From IMG/VR virus record IMGVR_UViG_3300032226_000829: a stretch of DNA of 64,000 bases; one strand, 5' to 3'. The stretch comes from a virus (Duplodnaviria; Caudoviricetes). The notes under the pieces are model-generated. The model ran no database searches, was not told the DNA's origin, and worked only from the letters and a program-made list of their open reading frames with translations. Position numbers and translations under genes: made by a program. Positions 1 through 8,588 of this stretch are shown in pieces (the first letter of the stretch is position 1; every line of letters starts with the position of its first letter).

Positions 1-837
1 AAAGTTAATAGTGCTTTTAATCAGTTGGCTTTTACCAGGCATGTAGTTGTGATACATTTTAGTCTGGTGAACTGCACGACTGCTGGAATTATTACTGGTA
101 GCTAATCTTGCTGCAGCTTGATTGGTTATGTGTGTAACTGTACCACCATTGGTATATGTGTCTCTGAAGTTAGGATCGATGCCGTAGGTGTGTTTATAGT
201 CGCCTAGTGTAAACGATTCGCTTATTCTCATCCTACCAAATGCATCGGCAGCACTATCAACCACAGTAGAAGTTACTGTGCCTGTAATAGCAGCATTGAC
301 ATAAATTGGATTGCCGCTGGAGTTGTCAGTGTTGTTGGCAGATATTCTCCAAGCACTGGCACCGCCTGTGCCTTGATTGGCTGTGGTAGTTTCCAATGCT
401 GACAAAGTAGTAGCACCTAACTCAACTGTACCAGTAACTCCTATATTCTCTAATGCTGATAATGTAGTAGCACCCAGTTCTACTGTACCTGATACCGTAG
501 CACTGATGTTCTCTAATGCTGATAATGTATTTGCTGATAAACTAACTGTGCCGTCTGAGCCAATGCTAACAGTTCCGCCTATTGGCAGATAAGGTACAGC
601 AAGTATACCGCTGGTACCTACTTCTGTAATGTGCGTGTGAACGGGATCTGCTGGAGTTGAGTTAACTGTAACGGTACCAGGAATGTTAACATCACCGTTG
701 ATGTTAATGTCACTGCCGATGTCAACTCGTAGAACTGGTTCACCAGCAGCATTGTAACGCATGGCACAGTGCAGATCACTCAGGTTGGGTTCTGCAGGAT
801 GAACGTAATTGGTGCTGTTAGGATTCAGTATGCCCAT
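1..837 (-). CDS. Virion structural protein, partial (runs off the left edge; not in ORF track)
   Basis: Manual translation from ATG at 837 is open to position 1: MGILNPNSTNYVHPAEPNL...DAFGRMRISESFTLGDYKH...YMPGKSQLIKSTINF. The DAFGR(L/M)R and Y(M/Q)PGKS motifs are typical of phage structural proteins. Confidence 0.75.
   Translation of the reverse strand, partial: MGILNPNSTNYVHPAEPNLSDLHCAMRYNAAGEPVLRVDIGSDININGDVNIPGTVTVNSTPADPVHTHITEVGTSGILAVPYLPIGGTVSIGSDGTVSLSANTLSALENISATVSGTVELGATTLSALENIGVTGTVELGATTLSALETTTANQGTGGASAWRISANNTDNSSGNPIYVNAAITGTVTSTVVDSAADAFGRMRISESFTLGDYKHTYGIDPNFRDTYTNGGTVTHITNQAAARLATSNNSSSRAVHQTKMYHNYMPGKSQLIKSTINF
390..555 (-). repeat. Three imperfect intragenic tandem repeats encoding GTV(S/E)L(S/G)A(N/T)TLSALE
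   Basis: Plus-strand units such as 'tccaatgctgacaaagtagtagcacc', 'tctaatgctgataatgtagtagcacc' and 'tctaatgctgataatgtatttgctg'. Confidence 0.85.
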
Positions 838-888
838 AGATTATACACAATTTTTATTGATAATTTGTGTGTATATTTATGGTAATAT

Positions 889-2844
889 TTAGAATCCGTT
901 GGTGGCTGAGTTGTAGAACACCTTGCCGGTCACGGTGGTGGTTTTCACAATGGTGGGCGTTGAATAATTGAATTCTAATAAATCACCTCCACCCTGTTCT
1001 CCAAACTGGATCCTTACAGGATAATACTGGCCAGCAGTGAGCGCAATGCTGCCACTGGCTTCCACAGGGGCGTGTGAGCCACCGTTGTTGATCAGTGCAT
1101 TGCCTGTGGTGAATCCTGTCACAGCAGTAGCGCCAATCCACATGAAGCTGGCATCATCGCTGTTGAGGAAGAATGTGTGGGTCTCAGTGGTGGTGGGTTT
1201 GAAGTAGCCCAACCATTGCACACTGAAACTTTCACCATCATCTGAACTTGGTTCTATAATCTGTGTGGTTTGCACAGATGTGGCTGGGTTTGCACCAAAT
1301 GTGGCGGGTGTGGCTGTGGCAAACCATGTAGGAACATCAGCAAAGTAGCCTGTGTAAGTGGTTTTGTACAATCCAGCGGTATCTCCCGAGGCCGTCAATG
1401 AAGTGTCGTTCACTGTGATGCTGCCACTGGTCACTATCACTGTGCCACTGATGCTGCCAGTTCTCACACTCACTGTGAATGTCTGAGCGCCTTCTGTGGT
1501 GGTATCAGCGATTGTGGTGACAGTGAATGAGCCAGTGCCGTTGTCCTGTGCTCCACCGCCTGTGAGAGAGAATGATCCATTCACTGCACTAAAGTCAGCA
1601 TTGGCAGTGGTGACGTGGTTGATGGTCCAGTAATAAGTGCCGTTGGGTCCAAGGTTGGTCACTGCAAATGACAATGAGGAGCCTTCATTTACTGAGTTGG
1701 CAGCAGGAGTGATCGTGGGTGTCAATGACACATCAGTGATCTCCACATTGGAGAACGTGGCCACCACTGCGCCCGATGAACTGCCCCTGCGCAGGGTGAT
1801 GTTGAATGTTTCTGTGCCCTCTGTGCTGAGATCTTTGGTAGGAGTCACTGTGAAACTGCCACTGTCATTGTTCACAACAAACGTGCCCAATGCTGTGCCA
1901 AAATCTCCAGCATTACTCACTGACCAATACACTGTGGTGCCATCCAGTATTTCCAGTAGGGCGATATTCACTGTGAGAGTTCCGCCTTCATTCACAATGG
2001 TGGCAGTGGGGTTAATATCATAAGCAGTCCACGGTCTTGCTCTCAGCAGGCCTTCAGCGTTGGCATTGTCAACAACAGTATAGCCGCTGTATTGAGTGGG
2101 CAATCGATCTGGGTCGTACACGTTGCGAGCACGATAATAGGGTTTGGTAGAATCTATTGGTCCAGTGATACTGCCATCATCAGCCACCACTCGGCCTTCT
2201 CTCTTGGCCTGAGCTATGTCCAGTTTGGCCGCCTGTCTATCTTCTTTGTTTGCTAAACCGCCAGCTGCTGGTTTTATGGTCCACTGTGTGGTAGTTATTT
2301 TATCAACTCTTTGCCAGACAGCTCCATCATAGATGCGCCAGTCTTGTTCGCCATACGCAGGGTAGGCACCGCTGGTTCCAGCAACAGTGTTATCGTAAGC
2401 ATCTCCCAAAGTGCCAACACCATCAGTCAGTGTGGGAGTGTTAGTAAAAGCGTTCCATGTGCCTTTGTATGTTGCGGCAGTTATTATAGTGGCATCCAAT
2501 GAACCACAAACTGCTGCGGCTTTGGCCATGTAATTGTCTATTGTGGCGTTGCCCTTGATGATGCCAATACTGGTTCCATATTCATCATACAAGAAGTTGC
2601 CTGCTGTAACTGCAAAATCACCTGTTGAATGACTGGTCAATGTGAAAGCAGAGCCTATTCCCAACGATGTTACATACAGTTTGTATGAGACATCATTTGT
2701 TGCTCCCAAAGCACCCGCATAATTCAAACTCCAAATAGCTGAGTAAGGTGGAACAATCTCAGCATTAGTATGTGGTGGATTGATATTTTTTGTGAGAATA
2801 GTCCCACTTGCTATAGTCAGTGTTGATATGCCGTTTGCTGCCAT
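889..2844 (-). CDS. Mosaic virion surface/adhesin-like protein with Ig/Calx-beta-like repeats and a C-terminal PA14-like domain
   Basis: 651 aa, Thr/Gly/Ser-rich; two 'VNEG..L...V...DTTTEG.(E/Q)TF.(I/V)..R.GS.SG' repeats; C-terminal FSVQWLGYFKP...FFLNSDDASFMWIG (PA14-like). Confidence 0.65.
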   Translation of the reverse strand: MAANGISTLTIASGTILTKNINPPHTNAEIVPPYSAIWSLNYAGALGATNDVSYKLYVTSLGIGSAFTLTSHSTGDFAVTAGNFLYDEYGTSIGIIKGNATIDNYMAKAAAVCGSLDATIITAATYKGTWNAFTNTPTLTDGVGTLGDAYDNTVAGTSGAYPAYGEQDWRIYDGAVWQRVDKITTTQWTIKPAAGGLANKEDRQAAKLDIAQAKREGRVVADDGSITGPIDSTKPYYRARNVYDPDRLPTQYSGYTVVDNANAEGLLRARPWTAYDINPTATIVNEGGTLTVNIALLEILDGTTVYWSVSNAGDFGTALGTFVVNNDSGSFTVTPTKDLSTEGTETFNITLRRGSSSGAVVATFSNVEITDVSLTPTITPAANSVNEGSSLSFAVTNLGPNGTYYWTINHVTTANADFSAVNGSFSLTGGGAQDNGTGSFTVTTIADTTTEGAQTFTVSVRTGSISGTVIVTSGSITVNDTSLTASGDTAGLYKTTYTGYFADVPTWFATATPATFGANPATSVQTTQIIEPSSDDGESFSVQWLGYFKPTTTETHTFFLNSDDASFMWIGATAVTGFTTGNALINNGGSHAPVEASGSIALTAGQYYPVRIQFGEQGGGDLLEFNYSTPTIVKTTTVTGKVFYNSATNGF

Positions 2845-2845
2845 G

Positions 2846-3184
2846 TTACTGATTCCTGTTCATGTAGTTGATAAAGTCCTGATGCAATTGATGCTTGTGT
2901 GTGACTGAATTCTGCATGGGTTGAGCGATCAGATGCGGTGTGGCTGTCTGATGATCCACTCTGATGTCTGCTGGATGTTTGGGACCATTCACTCCACCAC
3001 CTGCTTGGGCTGTGACTGCGTCCAAATCTGCGTATTTTTCATTGGGTTGATTCACATAGCCTTTGGTGGGTTCATGCACCAAATCTTTGATCTGTGCAAA
3101 ATGATTGACATCGGCAGCAGGATTTTTCAGCTGTGCCTGCTGTAATTTCCATTGACCTTGGCCCAATAATTCGTGTATTTTCAT
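2846..3184 (-). CDS. Hypothetical protein, probable head-internal protein (MKIHELL...)
   Basis: ORF track 2846..3202; preferred start at 3184 downstream of a TAAATA motif. Confidence 0.6.
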   Translation of the reverse strand: MKIHELLGQGQWKLQQAQLKNPAADVNHFAQIKDLVHEPTKGYVNQPNEKYADLDAVTAQAGGGVNGPKHPADIRVDHQTATPHLIAQPMQNSVTHKHQLHQDFINYMNRNQ

Positions 3185-3269
3185 TGATTTTTTCCGTTCC
3201 AATGTATTTATGTGTGTTTTTGAGTTTTAGGTTTAAATACTCATACCAACCACCTGTGGGAGATCTTCC

Positions 3270-3476
3270 ATGAATTGCAGAAAAATTTCCATCGATTTAA
3301 CAGTGGGCCAGCAGATACAATTGGGCAGTCATGTGGCCACCATCACCAAAATAGAACAGCACAGCAGTGGCGACATCACCATTGGCACCACACGCGGCAG
3401 TCGTAAAGTGCTCACATTTAGATTGTTGCCAGATGCACCCACTGTAAGTAGTGTGGCAGCCGACAAATATCGCTAA
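3270..3476 (+). CDS. Small KOW/SH3-like beta protein, paralog of 38823..39038
   Basis: 68 aa; aligns by eye with the 38823 protein (VG..(I/V).(L/V)G...A.IT.I...G...I.T..G.(R/K)K...RL). Confidence 0.55.
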   Translation: MNCRKISIDLTVGQQIQLGSHVATITKIEQHSSGDITIGTTRGSRKVLTFRLLPDAPTVSSVAADKYR

Positions 3477-3484
3477 ATATTTTT

Positions 3485-3727
3485 ATGAAACTGCAAGAAA
3501 TTGGCATAGACATCACACAAGAAGTGGCAGCCAGCAAGTCACTGTGTCGCAGCCGCAAAAGCAATTCAGAACTGGGAGCCAGTCAATTGGCATCCTGCAA
3601 GAGTCAAGGTCTGAGACGCAGAGAAGGCAAAAAAAGTTTCAAGATAGGTCGCAAACGAATCAAGGTCAAGGACAAGATCATCAAAGGAAAACCCTACGGA
3701 GGACCTTTGCCCTTGTACAGTAGATGA
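3485..3727 (+). CDS. Small basic hypothetical protein (MKLQE...)
   Basis: 80 aa, very Lys/Arg-rich; TAAATA 5 nt upstream of the ATG; overlaps the next gene start. Confidence 0.65.
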   Translation: MKLQEIGIDITQEVAASKSLCRSRKSNSELGASQLASCKSQGLRRREGKKSFKIGRKRIKVKDKIIKGKPYGGPLPLYSR

Positions 3728-4266
3728 TAAGATTTCTCAATAAAATATTGGTCAGCACACCTCTGATGGGCACTGATGCCACATTTGACAAATCTGTGAT
3801 AATGATCTATGAAGAAAGCATCAATCACGTGGCCGGAGTGATATTGAACAAACCCAACATCACCACAGTGAATGAAGTGTTTCGTATCAAAGGATTCAAG
3901 ACCACAGAGTTTCGCAGAGACAAGTTGTTCATGGGAGGACCTGTGAATCATGATCATGTGATGCTGTTGCATTCAGATGAATGGAAAAGCAACAACACCC
4001 TCATGTTGGGCAACGGATATGCCATCACATCTGATCACATCATGCTGGATAAATTTTATCTGGGAGACAGACCAAAATTTTGGAGAATGATCTGTGGCGT
4101 ATCACTGTGGACCCCTGATCAGTTGGAGATGGAGATCAAACGCAAATATTGGATGATACTGGACAATGCCAAAAAAGAAATGATTCAAGAACCCAAGTGG
4201 GCCCGTCAATGGCAACTGTCAGTGGATCAGGTCAGTCAGCAAACCATAGATAAATTCTTCAATTAG
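3724..4266 (+). CDS. yqgE: YqgE/AlgH (DUF179) family protein
   Basis: F.KSVI.I.E...GVILNKP, LFMGGPV, G.S.W...QLE.EI....W family motifs. Confidence 0.85.
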   Translation: MIRFLNKILVSTPLMGTDATFDKSVIMIYEESINHVAGVILNKPNITTVNEVFRIKGFKTTEFRRDKLFMGGPVNHDHVMLLHSDEWKSNNTLMLGNGYAITSDHIMLDKFYLGDRPKFWRMICGVSLWTPDQLEMEIKRKYWMILDNAKKEMIQEPKWARQWQLSVDQVSQQTIDKFFN

Positions 4267-4286
4267 ACACCACCATAAATACAATC

Positions 4287-5486
4287 ATGCTGCCAATTGA
4301 CAAATTCACACAGGTCACGGATCAACTGAAAGAGTCCGGCAACTATCGTGTGTTCAATGACATACAGAGAGAAAGGGGCAGTTTTCCCACCTCCATATGG
4401 CATTCCAAATACAACATCAAAAAAGTGGTCAATTGGTGTTCCAATGATTATCTTGGCATGGGCCAACACAAGGTTGTGTTGGATGCCATGCGTACAGCAT
4501 TGGATCATGTGGGAGCAGGTTCTGGTGGTACTCGAAACATTTCAGGTACCTCACATTATCACGTGGCATTGGAGCAAGAGTTGGCTGTGTTGCACCGCAA
4601 ACCAGCTGCATTATTGTACACGTCTGCCTACGTCGCAAATGAATGGACGTTGATCGCTTTGAAAAAAATCATTCCGGATGTTGAATACGTAAGTGATGAT
4701 AAAAATCACGCCAGTCTCATTCAAGGTATGAGACACAGTGGTGCTGTGAAGCATGTATTCCGACATAATGATATGAAGGATCTAGAAAGCAAACTGATGG
4801 CCGTCAAAGGCACTCCCTGCATTGTCTTTGAATCCGTGTATAGCATGGATGGGAGCGTAAGTTTGATTTCTGAAATTTGCGAACTTGCCGACAAATACCA
4901 CGCCATAACTTACATAGATGAAGTGCATGCCGTGGGTTTGTACGGCGAGCAAGGCGGAGGCATGGTGCAACAGTTGGGGCTAGAATCCAGAGTGGACATC
5001 ATCAATGGCACCTTGGGCAAAGCATTTGGCTGTCATGGTGGATACATTGCTTCAGCTGCAGAATTGATTGATGCTGTGAGATCAGTGAGTTCAGGATTTA
5101 TTTTTACCACTTCGCTGCCACCAGTGGTGTGTGCAGGTGCCACTGCCAGTATTAAATTTTTACGAGATGAAACAGGTCAGGTATTGAGAGAAAAACATCA
5201 AAGCATGGTGTATCAGACCAAACAGGCACTGAGAGCAGCCCACATAGAAATATTGGAGAATCAAACCCACATTGTGCCAGTGATGGTGAGAGATCCAAAA
5301 AAATGTAAAAAAATAAGTGATCATCTGTTGTATGAGCATGACACATATATTCAACCCATCAATTATCCCACAGTGCCTGAAGGTACCGAAAGATTGAGAA
5401 TAGCACCCACTCCCAATCACAATCAAGTGATGATAGACACATTGATCAAAGGGCTCACCACAGGGTTCACTAAATACAACGACTAA
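4287..5486 (+). CDS. hemA: 5-aminolevulinate synthase (PLP-dependent, C4/Shemin pathway)
   Basis: WCSNDYLGM, GAGSGGTRNISGT, FESVYSMDG, DEVHAVG, GTLGKAFG (PLP lysine), IFTTSLPP, QPINYPTVP.G.ERLRI. Confidence 0.95.
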   Translation: MLPIDKFTQVTDQLKESGNYRVFNDIQRERGSFPTSIWHSKYNIKKVVNWCSNDYLGMGQHKVVLDAMRTALDHVGAGSGGTRNISGTSHYHVALEQELAVLHRKPAALLYTSAYVANEWTLIALKKIIPDVEYVSDDKNHASLIQGMRHSGAVKHVFRHNDMKDLESKLMAVKGTPCIVFESVYSMDGSVSLISEICELADKYHAITYIDEVHAVGLYGEQGGGMVQQLGLESRVDIINGTLGKAFGCHGGYIASAAELIDAVRSVSSGFIFTTSLPPVVCAGATASIKFLRDETGQVLREKHQSMVYQTKQALRAAHIEILENQTHIVPVMVRDPKKCKKISDHLLYEHDTYIQPINYPTVPEGTERLRIAPTPNHNQVMIDTLIKGLTTGFTKYND

Positions 5487-5488
5487 AC

Positions 5489-5584
5489 ATGTTTAAAAAA
5501 ATTAAAAAATATTTGATCACTGTATTCTCAGATTGGGCAAACTATGTGTATGCTCCCAATAAACAAAAGTCCCCCCGCAAATAA
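5489..5584 (+). CDS. 31-aa small ORF (MFKKIKKYLITVFSDWANYVYAPNKQKSPRK)
   Basis: Starts 2 nt after the hemA stop and fills the gap; below the ORF-track cutoff. Confidence 0.4.
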   Translation: MFKKIKKYLITVFSDWANYVYAPNKQKSPRK

Positions 5585-5607
5585 TGAGTGACTCCATAAA
5601 TAATTTG

Positions 5608-5838
5608 ATGGATGACAGTCATTTATACGAACAACTCACGTTGGAAGAACTGTTTCAGGAAGAGATTGACCATCTACAAATGGCCATAGATGAATTGGAT
5701 GGTGAAGGACTGACAGAAGAAAATCAGACCAAGATATTGAAGTATCGTATAGTACAAGAATATTTTCGAGCCAGAATAGACAGCCTCACGGGCCACACAG
5801 GTGTGAACCCACCCCCAGCAGATTCCACTCTGCACTAA
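5608..5838 (+). CDS. Acidic hypothetical protein
   Basis: ORF track 5584..5838; start at 5608 preferred because TAAATA lies 5 nt upstream. Confidence 0.6.
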   Translation: MDDSHLYEQLTLEELFQEEIDHLQMAIDELDGEGLTEENQTKILKYRIVQEYFRARIDSLTGHTGVNPPPADSTLH

Positions 5839-5848
5839 AAATATTAGA

Positions 5849-6019
5849 CTAGGGTAAAAAACTGGAGATTGCAGTCACCACGGCCAACGCAAAAAGTGCA
5901 ACTCCGCAGATGCCTGCCAGCACTGCATACACTGGTTCATATTCCAGCCAGTGTGATTTGATCTTTTTTTTGTTGCTGTTGCTCAACCAACGATTTTCAC
6001 AAGTGTTATAAGGTAACAT
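5849..6019 (-). CDS. 56-aa single-TM hypothetical protein
   Basis: Manual translation MLPYNTCENRWLSNSNKKKIKSHWLEYEPVYAVLAGICGVALFALAVVTAISSFLP; hydrophobic C-terminal half. Confidence 0.55.
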   Translation of the reverse strand: MLPYNTCENRWLSNSNKKKIKSHWLEYEPVYAVLAGICGVALFALAVVTAISSFLP

Positions 6020-6108
6020 ATTTTACTTTTATTATATGGGTCACGGCAGACAAAAAGATACTGCTGATGTCTGCCACAACCGTTATGATTAGTTTTGTAA
6101 ATTAAAAA

Positions 6109-6495
6109 CTACTTCTTCTCAACACCATTAACAAATGCTTTGGTGAATTTCTCTACATTAGATTGAAATTCTTTCACATTGTTAAGGATGGCTTCTGGTT
6201 TGAAAGATTCTTGCACTTTTGCATTGAACTTTTTCATACCTTCCATCAACACCTGAGTGTTTTCTGCATAAGATTGACCATTGGTCACAAACTCATTGAA
6301 CTTTTGAGCTGTGTGGATGATGTCTTCAGCGGCAATGGTAGGGGCTTTGAATTCGGCCACCACTTGATCGCCTTCTTTTCTTAGGCTGTACTCATACTCT
6401 TGTTGTTTGATTGTGTAGTTGAACTCGGCGATTGATTTCGCAAGTCCTAATAGGTCGGCACGGATTTCGTAGCCGTTTCTTGTTGTTGTAGACAT
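6109..6495 (-). CDS. Hypothetical phage protein (NGYEIR.. family)
   Basis: 128 aa; strong RBS aaaaggagaacaac-ATG. Confidence 0.75.
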   Translation of the reverse strand: MSTTTRNGYEIRADLLGLAKSIAEFNYTIKQQEYEYSLRKEGDQVVAEFKAPTIAAEDIIHTAQKFNEFVTNGQSYAENTQVLMEGMKKFNAKVQESFKPEAILNNVKEFQSNVEKFTKAFVNGVEKK

Positions 6496-6673
6496 GTTGT
6501 TCTCCTTTTGTGTGTGTTTGTGTCTGTGTTACACCATTGTAACTTCAATAATATAACAGTGTTATTTATCAAAGTCAACCTCTTTTTTGCTGCAATGCAA
6601 CAATCTTTTGCTGCAAACGCATATCAATTCTACCAAAATCCATAAAATATCACCAAATTCATAAATAACACAT

Positions 6674-7468
6674 ATGATTAGTGATATCAAACAGCGTCAG
6701 ATACTCAGTCTCAATGAATGGGAACAGAGCCTACTGTTTGCTGAGCTCAGCATGATTGCCTACAATGACGAAAAAAAAGCCACAGCACAGGCAAAAGAAA
6801 TAGGATTCACAGAAGTGCATTTCTTTGATCACAAAGGTGCTCAGGGTTACACTTTTGAAACTGCCACAGATCTAGTGGTGGCCTGCAGAGGCACTGAACC
6901 CACAGAATTCAATGACCTAGCAGCAGATCTCAGAGCGTTGCCTGTGAAAAGCCGCACCATGGGCAGGGTACACAAAGGATTCAAATTGGAAGCAGACAAG
7001 ATCTGGGAAGGATTAAAAAAGCAGATTGAAACATCAGAAAAAATCACATGGTTCACTGGACACAGTCTGGGTGCTGCCATGACCACACTTTGTGCTGCAA
7101 GATGTTTTTATTTGGCTCCACAGATCACTGTGGGTGCCATATTCACTTATGGTTCGCCCCGAGCAGGTTGGAGAGGGTTTGTGAACAATCTACATGTGCC
7201 ACACTGGCGCTGGGTCAACAATGCAGACGTGGTCACACGTGTGCCATTGACTGTGATGGGCTATGTGCATCACGGCAAAATCAGATACATCAACACTTTT
7301 GGCAATGTGAGAGAGTTTACCTACTGGCAAAGATTCAAGGACAAATGGCGTGGCATATGGCGTGGGTTGAAGAAATTGTCATTCAAGAATTTCAGTGATC
7401 ATGGCATGGCCAATTATGTGGCTCACATTGCCAAAAAAGTTCAAAACAAAGAATATCCACAGCAATAA
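6674..7468 (+). CDS. Class 3 lipase (alpha/beta hydrolase)
   Basis: VVACRGTE, VHKGF, FTGHSLGAA nucleophile elbow, TYGSPR, NNADVVTRVP, C-terminal DH. Confidence 0.9.
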   Translation: MISDIKQRQILSLNEWEQSLLFAELSMIAYNDEKKATAQAKEIGFTEVHFFDHKGAQGYTFETATDLVVACRGTEPTEFNDLAADLRALPVKSRTMGRVHKGFKLEADKIWEGLKKQIETSEKITWFTGHSLGAAMTTLCAARCFYLAPQITVGAIFTYGSPRAGWRGFVNNLHVPHWRWVNNADVVTRVPLTVMGYVHHGKIRYINTFGNVREFTYWQRFKDKWRGIWRGLKKLSFKNFSDHGMANYVAHIAKKVQNKEYPQQ

Positions 7469-7495
7469 CCCCCAATAATACACGCAGTTAATCAC

Positions 7496-7524
7496 TTGAC
7501 AACCACCCAGCACAGTGCTATAAT
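7496..7524 (+). promoter_or_regulatory. Consensus sigma70-type promoter
   Basis: TTGACA-N17-TATAAT. Confidence 0.8.
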
Positions 7525-7578
7525 TAAACACATGGTGTTTTTGGTAACATTTGACGGTAAATACCTTGAAAGCATCAT

Positions 7579-7833
7579 ATGAAAAAACAAACTAGATCCA
7601 TTTTACAGGAACTGAACACAGTTTACAGAGCCAAAGACCTGGATCACATCGTGGAAGCCAAAGGCAGCAACATCATAGAAAGTGCCATCAATCTGTTGGC
7701 AGTGATCAATGAGAAGTATGATCCTGAAACTGCTCAAGAGTTGGAGCGACGTTTTATCAATTCCATACGCAATGGTGACAGTAAAAAATTCAAAACAGGC
7801 ATTAAAAAAATTCAAGAAGGCGAGAGCGAATAA
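7579..7833 (+). CDS. Hypothetical protein
   Basis: 84-aa helical ORF, coupled to the next gene via TAATG. Confidence 0.7.
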   Translation: MKKQTRSILQELNTVYRAKDLDHIVEAKGSNIIESAINLLAVINEKYDPETAQELERRFINSIRNGDSKKFKTGIKKIQEGESE

Positions 7834-8588
7834 TGCAACTCAAAGAAGGTGGCAATATCTTCAAAGGTGCTGAAGGAGAATTGCTCACAGGTAGAATCAA
7901 TCAAGCAGATGTGGCACCCACAGTGAAATGGTTGGAAGGTATCACAGGATTATCTTTGCAGGATGCCATGTTGGGCACCACAGGCAAGGCTCCCACCAGC
8001 GGTGATATGGATTTGGGTGTGGATGAAAGCAAAATCAGCAAAGACGAATTGGTAGCAAAATTATCTCAGTGGGCACAATCACAACAGCAAGATCCCAAAC
8101 AGTGGGTGCGCAAAAGTGGTATCTCTGTACACTTCAAAACTCCCATTGGCGGTGATATGAAAAAAGAAAAATTTGTTCAAACAGATTTTATGTTTGGAGA
8201 TCCCACATGGCAAAAGTTCAGTCTGCAAGGTGGCACAGTGGGCAGTGATTACAAAGGTGTTGATCGTCACATATTGCTGGCCAGCATTGCCAAAGCGTTG
8301 GGATATCGTTGGAGTCACAACTATGGATTGCTCAATCGCGAAAGCAATCAACCAGTGAGCAAAGATCCAGACAGAATTGCTCAACTGTTGTTGGGTGTGG
8401 ATCACACAGCCAAAGATTTAAACAGTGTGGAGAGTATCCACAAAATTATTCGTGGCCGTTCTGACTATGAAAAATTAATAGCAGATGCTGTGGAGTCATT
8501 TGCCAAAGCAGGCAAGCGATTGCCTGAGCACACAGTGGAAGGTTCTAATGTGTGGTTTAGAAACATGATGAATGTGGTGGGCAGATGA
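7833..8588 (+). CDS. Pol-beta superfamily (PolX-like) nucleotidyltransferase
   Basis: LGTTGK...SGDMDL (hG[S/T]xnDhD), third Asp in VQTDFM, C-terminal AKALGYRWSHNYGL resembling the PolX thumb. Confidence 0.7.
   Translation: MQLKEGGNIFKGAEGELLTGRINQADVAPTVKWLEGITGLSLQDAMLGTTGKAPTSGDMDLGVDESKISKDELVAKLSQWAQSQQQDPKQWVRKSGISVHFKTPIGGDMKKEKFVQTDFMFGDPTWQKFSLQGGTVGSDYKGVDRHILLASIAKALGYRWSHNYGLLNRESNQPVSKDPDRIAQLLLGVDHTAKDLNSVESIHKIIRGRSDYEKLIADAVESFAKAGKRLPEHTVEGSNVWFRNMMNVVGR

Noticed and set aside
390-555. Regularly spaced repeats as a CRISPR array
   Set aside because: Units are degenerate, in frame within a CDS, of unequal period and without cas genes.
1637-2023. Antisense and alternate-frame ORFs in the track (e.g. 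377..592, 1637..2023, 13354..13845, 50790..54715 minus-strand set)
   Set aside because: They overlap well-supported genes on the other strand or frame, lack start signals and mirror the codon bias of the true genes.
4560-4970. CpG-richer patch inside hemA as a possible recombined segment
   Set aside because: Only a visual impression over a short stretch; cannot be separated from noise without computation.
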